Made by a program: the position numbers and the translations under genes. Below are positions 39,666 to 53,767 of a DNA stretch of 64,000 nucleotides, one piece after another; positions within the stretch are counted from its first letter, which is position 1; each line of letters begins with the position of its first letter. The notes below the pieces were generated by a model. It searched no databases and had not been told where the DNA came from. It worked only from the letters and a program-made list of their open reading frames with translations. This stretch comes from Lingula anatina (Eukaryota; Animalia; Brachiopoda), in the NCBI GenBank assembly GCA_051362555.1, contig CM120647.1, positions 4,526,001-4,590,000 on the forward strand, given 5' to 3'.

Positions 39666-39693
39666 CGGGCTCCAACATGAAGGCGTCATCTGC

Positions 39694-42600
39694 TCACATA
39701 AATGTATCATCGTTTTTAGCTTCACTTATCTCTACCATTTGTCTGGGGAGTATCTCCAAAGCAATATTATCCTTAGTATCGTCCGGAAGTAAATGCTTTT
39801 GTATCTCAGCTGATCTCTGTTCATCCGCGGATTCTTTACATTTACTCTCCGAATGCCAAACAATGCCGTTGAGTACGTCATATCGCCTTGGCAACCAACC
39901 AGCACGGAGTGCGACGTTTGTGACGTGTGACACGAGTAAGATACTTAACAAGCTGAGGAGCATACTGGGGCCGGTTTCACAAAGCAGTAGTTAGTTAGCG
40001 ATCGGTAGTTAGCCTCTCGCTTCACGAAGCAGTCGCTAGTTCTCTCGCTCGTTATTGTCTCGTTGTTGCCTTGGATATTTAACGACTGGTCAGACCAGTC
40101 GCTAACTCTAGAGTTTCATCGTACGCATGCGTAATGAGTGAAATAAAAAGGTTGCTTAGTTACCGTTGTCTGTCGTCTGTCTTTGTATCCAGTATGGCGG
40201 CTACCGCCAGACGGCAACGTAGACTACGACGTTTTAATGAAAGGCAGAATCTATTAGAATATACGCACGATGATGCAATTTACGAGAGGTTGCGCCTAGC
40301 TGTGACAAAAAGAGCGGCAAAAATGTGGTGGAGATCCTTTACGACGACCTCAAAGCAGACGTTCTTATGCATTTCCAGCCACCAAAAATTGGAGAGTTAG
40401 TGCTTTCGTGACACTTTTACGCAAGAGTTCCATTTCCGGCAGACGGTTTCGAGACTACGGTGAGTAACGAGAGAACTAACGACCGAACTTTACGACTGAA
40501 CTTAGCGATGAGTTAACTACTGCTTCGTGAAACACCCCTCGAAAATCTCTAAGTTTGCTCGTTAGCGAGGTAGTTCAGTAGTTAGTTGTTCTAACTAACT
40601 ACTGCTTTGTGAAACCGGCCCCTGGTTGTTCTATAAGGGAACGGCTGGAAATCAGTTTCTTCCTCATACCAAGGCCACCGTAAAACTGCTCGCAGACCTA
40701 GCAACGGCTCCCCGCTAAGTACCCGGATGATCAATCCTACAATATATCCAGCAATTGATCCATAGATGTTGGCTGCGTCTACGAACAAGACCGAGGTCAG
40801 CTGAGGGAACAGGATGACGTAGATCAGGTCGGAGCACAGAATGGTAAGGCTGAAGATGCTTGTGATCTCGATGGCCAACACCGTGGCCAGAATGGCTATG
40901 AGGATCATAAACACTCGCATGGCCCAAATAAGTTCACGTTCACTGGCCTGGAAAAATTTAAGCAGGTTGCAGTTCGTTACTGAAGGGCAAACTATACGCG
41001 TGTCACTAAATGTGCAAGTAACATTTGTCATATTGCAATTATGTGACAGGTATACATGCAAAATAGCGCACTGAAGCAATGCTGAATAAAAAGCGCTGAA
41101 CACACCCTTAGAGAATTGAAAGATTGCAGCAACATGCAGCATTATTGCTTCAAACTTAAGGTTAGAGGCAAGTGCAAGAAAAAAGTTCATTTCTGCTTAT
41201 TTGAGCCTTCATATTTGCACCAAGCCTAAAATGTTGCTATGGCTCATCATTCTGAAAGCTAACGGCCATATTTTACACTTCTGCCAGTTACATTACATTT
41301 GAGCAAAATGTTCATTAGCTTGGTTGTTGGATATACATGAAAATTCTAAGGCCTGTTAGAAGCAGTAATGTAGGGGGTGGTGCGACTAAAGTATTGGTTG
41401 GTATGTGTGGCCTTTCTGTAGATTTTCAGACTCAGGTGGCTGTCGTTTGAATCACGTGTGATTAATGAATCCAGGAAAGCAATATAATTGTTTTCCTACA
41501 GCTCTCTAGTGAACTTGATGTTGACATTTACAAGAGGGTCCTGGCAGCTATACCACCTAGCAGTCAGTGAGTGTGAACAACTACTCACATTAGTCCGATG
41601 AAGCCCTTCGACCAGGTTGGCCGTAAGTTAACGGTATACTGAAATTTTTAGGCTTGTGATTGAGATTTTTTATGTATACCTTACATTTGTTATTTAAAAT
41701 AATACTGGTATATATCTATACTACCCATGCTTGAAATATTATTTTTACATGCATACATGAATAGAACGTATTTGTTTCTTATTCAAACAAATATTTTTCA
41801 GGTACACTGCAAACTGCCAAGACGCTGCTGTTCAACAGATGTTTTTTAAGCATAATAATTACTGTAACAATGATATCAAAATAATGCATAACATCTTAAA
41901 AAGGATGAAACTGTCTAGCAAATACCTTCCCCATCCTTGCGGGTTTAAAGATATTGTTGGAAAACATGGAGCTCGAGGAAAGCAAGAAGGAGTCTGCAGA
42001 CGACATGACTGCAGCGGAAATGGCGCCAAGACCAATCAAAGCAACTAAAAAAGTACAAATGTATTGGTATAGATGTATATTATATAAAACTATTGCACAA
42101 AGACTGACTCGTTAATAAACGCTTTTACATAGCACTATTATGTATGCTTCAATATTAATCCAATTCAATTCCATTCAATTATATTATATTATATTATATT
42201 ATATTATATTATATTATATTATATTATCGGCAGTTACTGTTTAACTTAAACAAATTAACTCTTTCTTTGAGATTCAAAATTCCGCAAGAAATACATTGTA
42301 AACAACGCAGGAAAAAATATTATATTGTATTTTACCACTAAAACGACTGTTATTGTAGTGAAACTTAAATCTGTGATTTTCAATAGGGCTTTCGATGCCT
42401 TTCTTCCCGGTCGTCAAGGCATCCGTTGCCAATGACGTTGGGATGCCACACCGATTCTCGCGTTTATTCGAGACCAAAATAACATATGGTGCTATATGAA
42501 AGTAGACACATGATGCAATCCTCATACTTAAGTTGCGAGTTTTTGTACAGTGCGTCGGAAAACGATAAGCCCAGAACTGCACACATTGAAGATAAATATG

Positions 42601-45600
42601 CATTTGAGCAATAAGACGAATACATCTTATGAACCTTATATTATTGTTTTATATAGTGCTGTTGTTGTCTGTTTTAAGTAGGTCACCAGAAAATATCGCT
42701 CGATAACGCGTGACAAAGCAATGTCAGAGAGGGCTCCGTCAGTTAAAATATATTAAGAGATTTAAACAAATAACCAAACGTTTAGGAAAAAAAAAAAAAA
42801 AAAACACTGGACTAACTTTGAATGCAGGAATAGGGTCGTTGATCATTGGTATGTACGGGAAAATTGCCGTTTTCTCCAGGACAATCCATTTTTGACCAAA
42901 ACAAAGATGTATATCATGACTTTAACATTAACTAAATTTTGTAATTTTAAAAGCCATTGTGAATCATATATTATACTGATATTACCTACAAAAGGGCACA
43001 CATACTGCAAGACAAGCGGTGCGATCAGTTTAAAGTCATCTGCCGGAAACGGAAGCGCTCCTTCGTACGCTGTGGCGTTCCAATCTGACACAAATAAATA
43101 AAAACAAAAAAATAAAAAAATAAAAGAAAGTTTCCAAATCTAGTTGCACCCTTACAACATTTGTTACAGAGACTATTCATCGCAGTGCAGCGCAAATTAT
43201 CAGGGATACAGGAATCGTTCTGAATGTAGAAGCATGCACATTGTTTTAAACAAGCGGTACAATGGACATGTGACCAGGCCCGAAGTACAGTGCAAATGTC
43301 TAAAGTAAATTTAGATGAATATCAATGCCCAAAACATTTTTGACCAAGATAAATTACCAACAGACACTGCTACCATCCCAATGAGTAGAGGCGGGATTGT
43401 GGACACTACAAATCCTGCTGCTCCTGCGTACACCATCACTTCCGCCAACCTCGATGACTTCATCGCCAGGACGCGCTGCCACAAAATCTGTTTACCAGTT
43501 AATGACAAACATTAATGCTATTTATAAACTTAAGTACTTAATTTTACCCAGTGGCCACCGCCCAGCAAACAGGACGTTTTATAACGACATTACAACGTTG
43601 CCATAGAGTTATTTGGGTTATATAAACGTTACTCAATAATCATCTTATTTGCTTCCTGGGCGGTATACAAAATCAGCTAGCAGTTACCCTCCCCATCGCC
43701 ACATAATTTTGAAAACAGTTTAATCTATTTAAAGAATAATGATTTTACTTGATCTCAGTCCATCAAGTCTCTTACTATACGGAACACCCAGATAAGCACC
43801 ACTGATGTTACAAATAGCCTGCTTGCCGTAAGAGGGGGGGGGGGGGTCACTGAAGACATACCGGGATACAATAGCCACCTCGAAGTATCTTCTCTTAGCC
43901 CTCCGACTAGATTATAAAAGAAACGAGCGCTCTCACCTGCCAAGGTATCCCCCCCATCATCATTTGTAACAGTGTATCTATGTAGGTGGTGATGTCTTGG
44001 TTTGGAACCTTCCCTATCCACTTCTCTGACGTCTCTGATAGTGACGTCATCAGGGGGTTCGACAAGGCAAAAGGGATGGCCAGCCACTAAGAAAGAAAGA
44101 CATTTACTTTTTTTCCTATTCAAAGGGATGTTACAACTAAAGAAAAGACTCTTTTCCAGTTCCTCCACAGAGCATTAACTGCACATATCGACGGAGATAA
44201 TAAACACAAGTTACTGTATACCTATGTGTGGGCACAGGGTCACATTACCATTTGTGGGGGTACATGGTGAAATTCCCATATTTGTATTGCCTACAACGTT
44301 AGCTGTTACATTTTTCTTACACCTAAAAGAGAATAAAACTTACCAGGCCTACAAAGATGAACAACATCTGCATGACATCAGTGTAGGAGACCGAGTAGAG
44401 TCCTCCAAACAACGTGTATATCAGGACCACAGCTGCCGACACCGTAATGGCGATCCAGTGGTCGAGCCCAACAACCACTGTTAGAGTTGTACCTAAATCG
44501 ATGGACAGCACAATGTAATATATGGGTTCACACCACCTTAGAATAGCAGGGCCGTAGCCAGAGCAAAATGCCAGGGGGGCAGTAAGCGGACACGAGGGGG
44601 CGAAGCTACCGAGGGGGGAGGGTGTGGTGTGTAAAATTCCAAATTCCAGGGGGGGGGGCAGCTGCCCCCCCCCTGCCCCCCCGGAGGCTACGGCCCTGAA
44701 TAGCGTCACCTGACTGTTGCGCCAACACGCGGACGTATCTTACACTACATTTACATCTGTACAAAATCTATGTCAAAACTAGAAAAAAATGCATTTTAAA
44801 AGAAAATGATGAATGGCGACTTTTTGGGTACTTGAATAATATATCTTTCCAGGATGCCTTTAAATACAACCCCTTACCTAATGAAGACAAGGTGGCAGCG
44901 AACCAAAATATGTCCCCGGTAAAAGCTGGCAAGAACAGGAACCCTGTCATGATTTTACCAAACTTCCGGTCGAAGGGATCCAGCATAGTGATATAATCGT
45001 CTTCACGCATCTTTTTGACAAAGAAGAACGCAGCTGAAATGATGAAAATAAAAAGCTTAATGTTGATGCGAAACAACGGAAAATTGCTATTTTCATACAA
45101 AACCTACCTATAAATTATGAAAGGATGACATATGAATTTTTCAACAAAAAGTTGGATATTACAGTGAAAATGACACAATTCTCCAATACTGACATATGCA
45201 CAGTTACAATATACGCGGCATTCAACTGGAATTCAAAGTTCAAAATTTTCTTTATAATTGAATTTGCCAAGTATTTACGATTACATTTTTTTTTCTTATA
45301 ATTGTGACAGTCTCAAAATGTTTATTAATGAGGATAATTTATTTCTTGTATAGAATATGGTTTATTTTGTTGCACAGGTGTGACTGTCACACTGATACGC
45401 ATTTAGTGTTACCTAAAACAGAACTTGCACAGTACCCGAGCGGCATACTGAGCGCGGACAAACCAGAAGTGTAGATACCCTCGGCAAGCCCGCTGATCAG
45501 AGAGCCATCTACCCACGTGGCTGGAAAGTAAAGGGATAACAACTCTTCGCATGAGATCCATACTTCATAAAAACGAATAATTAAATACTAAAGTTTTGTA

Positions 45601-45903
45601 ATTAGTTACAGTATAAATAAGGCAGAATATGTTCTTTTTTTTTACTTCCAAACCAATACCTAAATCTGTTGAACTTATTATTATTATTATTTAATTATCA
45701 ATTATAAACAATATAAAAACAAACTGACCTGTCAAAGTAAATATCCCTAGATACGTCCCAATATTTCTCCCTGCTAGCAAGATATCCTCACTCGTCGCCT
45801 CTTTCCCTTTCTTTTTCTTTTTCCATGCCGCCCAGATACCAAGGATGAAAATAAGCAAGTAGAACACAAAAATGGCGACGAGTCCCCAAACATGAACAGC
45901 CAT
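39694..45903 (-). pseudogene. SLC5A7: SLC5A7/CHT1-like symporter, copy B, last exon disrupted by a Harbinger insertion
   Basis: Exons 45903-45729, 45520-45413, 45033-44878, 44492-44344, 44086-43937, 43487-43358, 43084-42986, 42044-41926, and 40947-40622 // 39967-39694. The frame runs into the TIR and stops (PFPYRTTRGRFHKAVVS*). Confidence 0.85.
39968..40621 (+). mobile_element. Harbinger deletion derivative (654 bp)
   Basis: Perfect 31-bp TIR GGGCCGGTTTCACAAAGCAGTAGTTAGTTAG and CTG TSD; empty site in copy C (CATACTGGTTGTT). Internal MAATARRQRRLRRFNERQNLLEYTHDDAIYERLRL resembles a Harbinger transposase N-terminus. Confidence 0.92.
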
Positions 45904-47500
45904 ATTCCCAAAGTCTCTGCCACAGACTTGCCGTGCCAATGTGTATCCCTGCGTTCCTAAAACAAGTTAAGTCGAATTACCACGCCTCTGCCTTCAGTAC
46001 ATAAACCTAGACATGTGTATACCTTAGGGACTTGTTTTTCCACGCTGTTGATCAACACAAGATTAGTAGACAAATGAAATGCAATGTGTTATGGTAGCAG
46101 AGAGTTCTCATCGTATGCAGGTGTTTATCATGATAATAAGACGATCAGCCTATCCTTAAAGTCACATTCACGTTTTGGCAGACATAGTGCTTGTCTTCAG
46201 TACGTATTTTTTTTTTTTTGCCATGTTGTGTATATTGATGTAAAAGACGTGAAGAATTTAGTACTCCAAAAACTTTCTTCAAAATCTTAGATCAGATTTC
46301 ATCAATTTTAAGGCAAACTGCTGCCTTTTTAATGAAAATATGTTATAAGGGGCTCATAGCTCCACAACAAAAACAATTAAACTAAAATGACGGCACGGGG
46401 TTATATTGTTTTAAACCCATGCAAAGACAGATACATTATTGAATAATATGATGCAGGAAACCCTTATTTTCAGTAGTGAAACTGTATCTACAAAGATATG
46501 CTTTCGAGCATGGGATGCTATAGTCTTGTACGTTTATTCCAGACATTAAGCTAAAGAAGAAAAATTAAGCATAAGTGTGTTCATAACCAGCAGTTTCCAC
46601 AACAAAAGCCTACCTGCATTGTATCTTGCAGTAAAACATATATAATAAACAATGAAAAACTGGCATATTCTCATTGTCAAAACCTGATAACATATGTCTA
46701 CATAATTTGCAATTCCGAATCACTGAAAGATACATAACAATAACAAAATTTAGTAATGAAAACTTCATATATGGTCCTAAGGTATACATTTTAGAATAGT
46801 TCCAATGGACACCAGAAACAGTCTGTGTCTGTTTTGGTGACCGTTTCCTCGTTATATAATATTTTGTGGGATCATTTACGACCCCAGCCATATTATTTAA
46901 TATGCCATCTCTTTATTTTTATCAAAATTTCCTTTCATTGCATGAGTTTCAGTCTACTGATCCTACACACTTTCACAGTTTTTTGCAGGGATCAACCAAT
47001 TGCTAGGCGTATACATCACAAACTCTTGTGGGGTCATTTATGACCCCAAAGAGAAGCATAAGTTTTTAAATATTGATTTGTTAAATATTGAGTTATCCAT
47101 TGCTTCCTGTTGTCTGGCATAATTGCTGTTCATCTCAACTACAGCAATTGTCCGAGTCGCACGGTCGACCGTTGATAGGCCTAATTGCAATACGCGGTTG
47201 GTACACACGGTATTAGACACGTGACCTTCAATGAGAATACAAAATTCTTTGTGGAAATCACAATGAAACATTGGATTGAGGAGGTACAGGTTATGATATT
47301 AAATAAATGGTACAAAATATGTATATTTTCATCGCCATTTTGTATTTTATTTGATTATATTTAATTATGAAATAATGGTATCTGGGATAAACAATTACAC
47401 CTGTGAGCTGATCATTTGTAAGCGGTCATTTTGTCAGCAGACTGCATAAAATATCAGTGAGGCGTAAATGATCCCGCTCCAACATGAAGGCGATATCTGC

Positions 47501-50500
47501 TCATAACATAAATGCATCATTGTTTCTGTCTTCACTTATCTCTACTATTTGTCTGGGACGTATCTCCAAAGCAATATTATCCTTAGTATCGCCCGGAAGT
47601 AAATGTTTTTCGTTCTCAACCGAACCCTGTTCATCCGCGGGTCCTTTAGATTTACTCTCTGAATGCCAAACAATGCCTTTGAGTACGTCATATCGCCTTG
47701 GCAACCAACCAGCACGGAATGCGACGTTTGTGACATAGGACACGAGTAAGATACTTAACAAGCTGAGGAGCATACTGGTTGTTCTATAAGGGAACGGTTG
47801 GAAATCAGTTTCTTCCTCATACCAAGGCCACCGTAAAACTGCTCGCAGACCTAGAAACGGCTCTCCGCTAATTACCCGGATGATCAATCCCACTACATAC
47901 CCAGCAATTGATCCGTAGATGTTTGCACCGTCTACATACAAGACCGAAGTCAGCTGAGGGAAAAGGATGACGTAGACCAGATCAGAGGACAAAATGGCCA
48001 GATTGAAAATACTGGTGATCTTGATGGCCAAGACCATAGTCAGAATGGCCATGAGGGTCATAAATACTCGCATGGTCCAGATAAGTTCACGTTCGCTGGC
48101 CTGAAAAAAATGTAAAGCAGGTTGCAATTCGTCACTGAAGGGCAAACTATACGCCTGTCACCAAATTTGTAACACTTGTCATATTGCAATCATGTTGCAT
48201 GTATACATATAAAAGTAGCTCGTTGAAGCAATATTGAAAAAAAAAGCTCTTGACACCATTAGAGAATGGAAAATTTGCAGCAATATTGCAGCATTATTGC
48301 TGCAAACTAAAAGTTTTCGGCAACGAGTTTGCAACAAAAGTTTTATTGTTGCTAATTTGAGCCTTCATGTTTCCATTAGGCCTGAAATTTTGCTAAGAGT
48401 TATCATTCTGAAAGCAAACATTTTACGTTCTGCCATTTTACTTACATTTACGATTTATTAATTTATATCCGTACTACCTGTGTTTGCAATATGATTTATA
48501 CCTGCATGCATGAATAGTATTTATATGTTTCTTATCAAAACAAATATTACTCAGGTACAATTCAAACTGCCAAGGCAGTCCTGTTAAACAGCTTTTTTTA
48601 CCTAAAGTAATTAATGTAACAATGTTATCAACATAATGCTGTTCTTATGCTTTCTCCTTACAAAATATGAAACTGTTTAGCAAATACCTTTCCCATCCTT
48701 GCGGGTTTATAGATATTGTTGGAAAACATTGAGCTAGAAGAAAGAAAGATCGAATCCGCAGACGACATCACTGCTGCGGAAATGGCGCCAAGACCAATCA
48801 GAGAAACTAAAAAAAAAAATAAATAAATAAATGAAAACGTATACATATACTGGAATACATATATATTATACTAAACCATTGAACAGAGTCTGGCTCATTA
48901 ATGTGCTATTTAAGAAAAAAATTATATTTTTATAATATAATATTAATTATATTACATTATATTATATTCTTGACTGTGACTGTTTAACTGAATGTTTAAA
49001 CATAAAAATGGCTATATTTTAATATATTGTAAACTTATATTTCATAATGATATTACCTACGAATGGACACACATACTGCAAGACAAGCGGCGCGATCAGT
49101 TTTAGGTCATCTGCCGGAAACGGGAGTACTCCGTCGTACCCTGTGGAGTTCCAATCTGACACCAAATAAGAATAGATAAAATAAGAGACATTTCCAAATA
49201 TAGTTGCACATTGACACCATTTGTTGGGGGACCATTCATTGCGTGCAGAGTAGATTACTATAGATATTAGAGTAGTTCTAAATATAAAACCATAACCTGT
49301 TTAAAGATGCATACAAAGTTATTTTTGCCACAAAAACCGACCAATTGCCAGCATATAGTTTCAAGTAGTATAACTTAGAGAATTACCAAAAGGCATTGTT
49401 TAATTTTACCCGAAAATGATGTTTGAACAGATTTTTCTGCTAGCATTCTATGCTGTATGTCAATTTGGCAGAAAAGTAGGTCACGAAAGTAGGTTACATT
49501 TCCGACCAAAAATGTAAAGAAAGGAGCAGTTTAAGGCCCTTTTATGGCTGATCGAGTGATCTATTCAGTTTAACCCTTGGCATGTCAAATTTATTTGAGA
49601 AATAATTTATTATTATTAATTTATATAAGAAACTAGTAGAAGTGGTTTACATGCATTTACTGGGAATCCACACTCCACCGATGCTCGGTTTGCATGTACC
49701 TTTAAAGGACGCGGTACATTGAACATCTGACCAAGAAGTACAAAATAAATGTCTAAAGTACATTTTAATGTCTACCAATGAACAGAATATGTTTTTGACC
49801 AAGATAAATTACCAACAGACACTGCCACCATCCCTATGAGTAGAGGCGGTATTGTGCACACTGCAAATCCTGCTGCGCCTGCGTACACCATCACTTCCGC
49901 CAACCTCGTTGTCTTCATCCCCAAGACTCGCTGCCACATGACCTGTTTAGCAGTTTATGACAAACATAAATACTATTTATAAACATAAGTAATGAATCAT
50001 TTTGTCATTTGGCTTCCAGTTTACATAAAATTCAGCAGTTACCCCTCCCCACCGCAACCTGATTATGAAAATATTTTAATCTACATAAATAATAAGAATT
50101 TTCATTGATTTCAGTCCATCAAGTCTCTAACTACACGCAACGCCCAGATAAACACCTCAGGTGTTACAAATAACCTGCTTGCCTTTAGAGGGAGTCACTG
50201 AAGTCCTATAATAGCCATCCCCTCCTCGAAACATATTTTCTTAGCCTATACCGACTGGAATATTAAAGAAACGAGCGCTTTTACCTGCCAAGGTATTCCT
50301 CCCATCATGATTTGTAGCAGTATGTCTATGTAAGTGCTGATATCGTGGTTAGGGAATGTCCTTACCCACTTCTCTTTAGTCTCTGATAGTGGCGTCATCA
50401 GGGGGTTGGACATTGCAAACGGAATGGCTAGCCACTAGGAAATGAAGAAATAAAAAAAAGGATGTTACAACCAGAGAAATCACTTTTCTCTCACATTTCT

Positions 50501-53500
50501 CGTCTACAGTGTATGAACTGCACATACTGGCCAATGATATCTAGTTCGACCAATCTACTGGTAAACAGGAGTGCAGCCACCTTAAATCGGTTGTTTCTTA
50601 CTGCACTTAGGCAGCTGTTCAGGGAATTAACAAAAGTTACTGTACATATGTGTGTGGGCACAAGGACACATTACCATTTGTGGGAATGCATGGTGATATT
50701 GTTATCCTTGTATTGCCTTCAACGTTAGCTATTACAAGAAAAAAGTATGTATATATGTGATCTTCATACACCTTTGTAACACACAAGAGTAAAACTTACC
50801 AGGCCTACAAAGATGAACAACATCTGCATGACGTCAGTGTAGGAGACCGAGTAGAGTCCTCCAAACAACGTGTATATCAGGACCACTGCTGTCGACAGCG
50901 TGATGGCGATCCAGTGGTCGAACCCGACAACCACGGTCAGAGTTGTACCTATTTCGATACACATCATAATGTACCTCTTATACAAAATTGTGAAAATATA
51001 CTCAACCTCGTGTCTGTACGTGAATGTTTATGGAATTGTAGATCGGTGGACACCACAATATACCTCTTTTTCAAAATGTGGAATTCTGAAAATGAAGTCA
51101 ACCTCTATTTTCATAGACTTTCGAGTGTGTATAAGTGAATTTTTTATGAAATAGTAGAACTGTAGTTAAAATTAAAATGCATGTGTGTGTGTGCGTACAC
51201 CAGCGCCAGTGGTTGTGTATAAGACCCCATTCCCATAGATTTTAGATCGATCTTTCGATGTGGGGAGTATCAATAGATTACTGCCAGCTTAGCCGGGTTG
51301 AGCGTCTGTCCCGCCTACTAAAAGCTGTAAGGGGGTAATTAACTTTGGTGCGCGCTCGGCTGACTGCAATTTAGCTTGAACCCCCAGGGAGTTAGGTCGA
51401 TCTAAATCTAAATCTCTGGATCGATCTAAACTACTGGAAATGCACCCTAAGATGAAAATATTATTTTTAATATTTTTAATATTATTTTAACCAAGTTCTT
51501 TTAGTTTAAAGGACTACTACTATAAACCAATAAATAAAATGTTAACTATTTTTTACAATGTAAATACTATATGTATAAATGGTCGACAACCTTTTTTAAT
51601 TTTGACAGTGAAGAAAATGACACCTTAATGAGAAAAGTCTGGTTGGTAAGTTTCAAGTGACGCCATTGTAGGACAACATCTTCCTGCGACTTTAATGTCG
51701 TAATGATAACGCATATGTAATCAAACAGCAAGGTGACAAAGTTAAAACAAAAACATTGAGGCAAAATTGTGTGGCACTCGGATTATGTGATATCGGACAA
51801 AAAGAAGGACATCAGTTGTTTTCCTTTAAATTTGGAGGTAATAAAGTGTAACATATGAAAAGAGCAGTGTTTCACTGCAGCATGTAGGCTCCGAAATCCT
51901 AACCTTCTAGGCAGTTTCCTTTAACATAAGTTAATCAGCAAAGCTAAACTTCTATTTGGAAATTGAGAGCATAATGAAAATGTCCAAAGTACATATATTC
52001 AATATATATTATATTATATTATATTATATTATATTATATTATATTATAATCTTCTTGAATGTTACTGAATTTTTGTTGAATTTTTCAATAAAAATAGAAT
52101 GCAACATTGCCTTATCTGTTAACACTTTTGACCTCTAGAAATCTGCAAGTTGGCGGCAATGTGTAAAGCTTTGGCAATTCAACTACCGTGGCTAACTTTC
52201 GTCAACAAATAATTTTAGCGAGATCATTTAGACGGCTGACAGCCAAAAACTCAGACTTCCTTCATTTTTTTTCTCGCGAACTATTCACTCTCCGAATCGT
52301 CCACACTGCATTCTGGCCTAAACAAAAGGCCGCTGCTCTCTGCTCTTTTCAGATTGCTTCTTGCTAACTTAGAGTGAAAGTGAACCCTGCAACATAACCT
52401 GAATGGGTTCAAACCACTTTAGAATTGCGTCACCTGACTGTTGCGCCACCATACATCTTATCCTAGATTTACATCTGTACAAAATCTATGTCAAAACTAA
52501 CAGAATGGATTATTTTTTAGATAATGATAAATAACGACTTTGGGTACTTGAATAATCTTTTTTTTTTCAGTATACCTTTAAATACAACACCTCACCTAAT
52601 GAAGATAATGTTGCAGCACACCAAAATATGTCCCCTGTAAAAGCTGGCAAGAACAAAAACCCCGTCATGATTTTACCAAACCTCCGGTTGAAGGGATCCA
52701 GCATAGTGACATGATTGCCTTTGCGCATCTTTTTGACAAAGAATGCAGCTGGAATTTTGAAAATAAATATCTTAAAATCTATGCAAAACAGTGGTAAATC
52801 TTAAATCATGAAATGATCACATCAGATTTTTTTGCAACAAAAAGTGGGATATTATAGTTTAATTGCTAAATTTGTCAAATTCTGACAGATGTATACCTAC
52901 AGTATTTACGGCATTCAATTGATTTTCAAAAGAGTATTACAGAATATTTACGATTCCAATTTTTATTATTGTTTCATTATCAAAGTTAAACGTATCAATG
53001 AGGAGACTATTCTTCTTGCGGTAACATACGGTAAATGCGGTAACATACGGTAAATGCGGTAACGTACGGTAAATTTTGTTGCACCAGTGCACTTCCATTC
53101 TACGCATTGTTTATTACCTAAAATAGTAGACATACAGTACCCTAGCGGCATACTGAGCGAGGACAAACCAGAAGTGTAGATACCCTCTGCAACCCCGCTG
53201 ATCAGAGCGCCATCTACCCACGTGGCTAGTGATCAGGGATAACAACTCTTTGAATGAGATCCATATTTCATAATAATTACATTGAAAACAACATAAATAT
53301 AATAACTTGTAATTTACCACCAAAGAAGCTGTTATCACAGTTATTCTGGGATATGTGCTTGCCATCGATCCACGTGACCTCTGTGGATGGATGCCCACTA
53401 TAATTATCTCTAAAGTTTGATAAGAACTCCAAAGAGATTGTTACAAAGATAAAATAATAAAATTATATAAAAAATAAAGAATATTTTTTTTGCCTTCAAC

Positions 53501-53767
53501 TCATAAGCGAACACTGTTGAAATAATTGAAATTCTTATTATTGTTATCAATTTCTTAATTATTTTTTATATACAATATAGAAACAAACTGACCTGTCATA
53601 GTAAATATACCGAGATATACCCCAATATTTCTCCCTGCTAGCAAAATATCCTCACTCGTCGCCTCTTTCACCTTCTTTTTATTTTTCCTCGCCGCCCAGA
53701 TACCAAGGATGAAAATTAGCAAGTAGAACATAATTATGGCGACGAGTCCCCACACATGGACAGCCAT
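47501..53767 (-). CDS. SLC5A7: SLC5A7/CHT1-like sodium:solute symporter, copy C (intact, 560 aa)
   Basis: Exons 53767-53593, 53225-53118, 52748-52596, 50948-50800, 50434-50285, 49942-49813, 49155-49057, 48806-48688, 48100-47501 (1683 nt). All GT-AG, no stops. Confidence 0.88.
49305..49701. mobile_element. Kolobok-like MITE in intron 6 of copy C
   Basis: TTAA|AGATGCATACAAA...TTTGCATGTACCT|TTAA. Empty site in the other copies. Confidence 0.7.
51223..51447. mobile_element. PIF/Harbinger-type MITE with TAA TSD
   Basis: TAA on both sides; empty site GTGTATAAGAT in copy D (about 60110); same family as 3204-3421. Confidence 0.8.

Noticed and set aside
41591-41675. About 85-bp B-specific insertion beginning CCGATGAAGCCC, reminiscent of a hammerhead ribozyme core
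   Set aside because: CTGATGA is imperfect, and no GAAA or closing stems follow.
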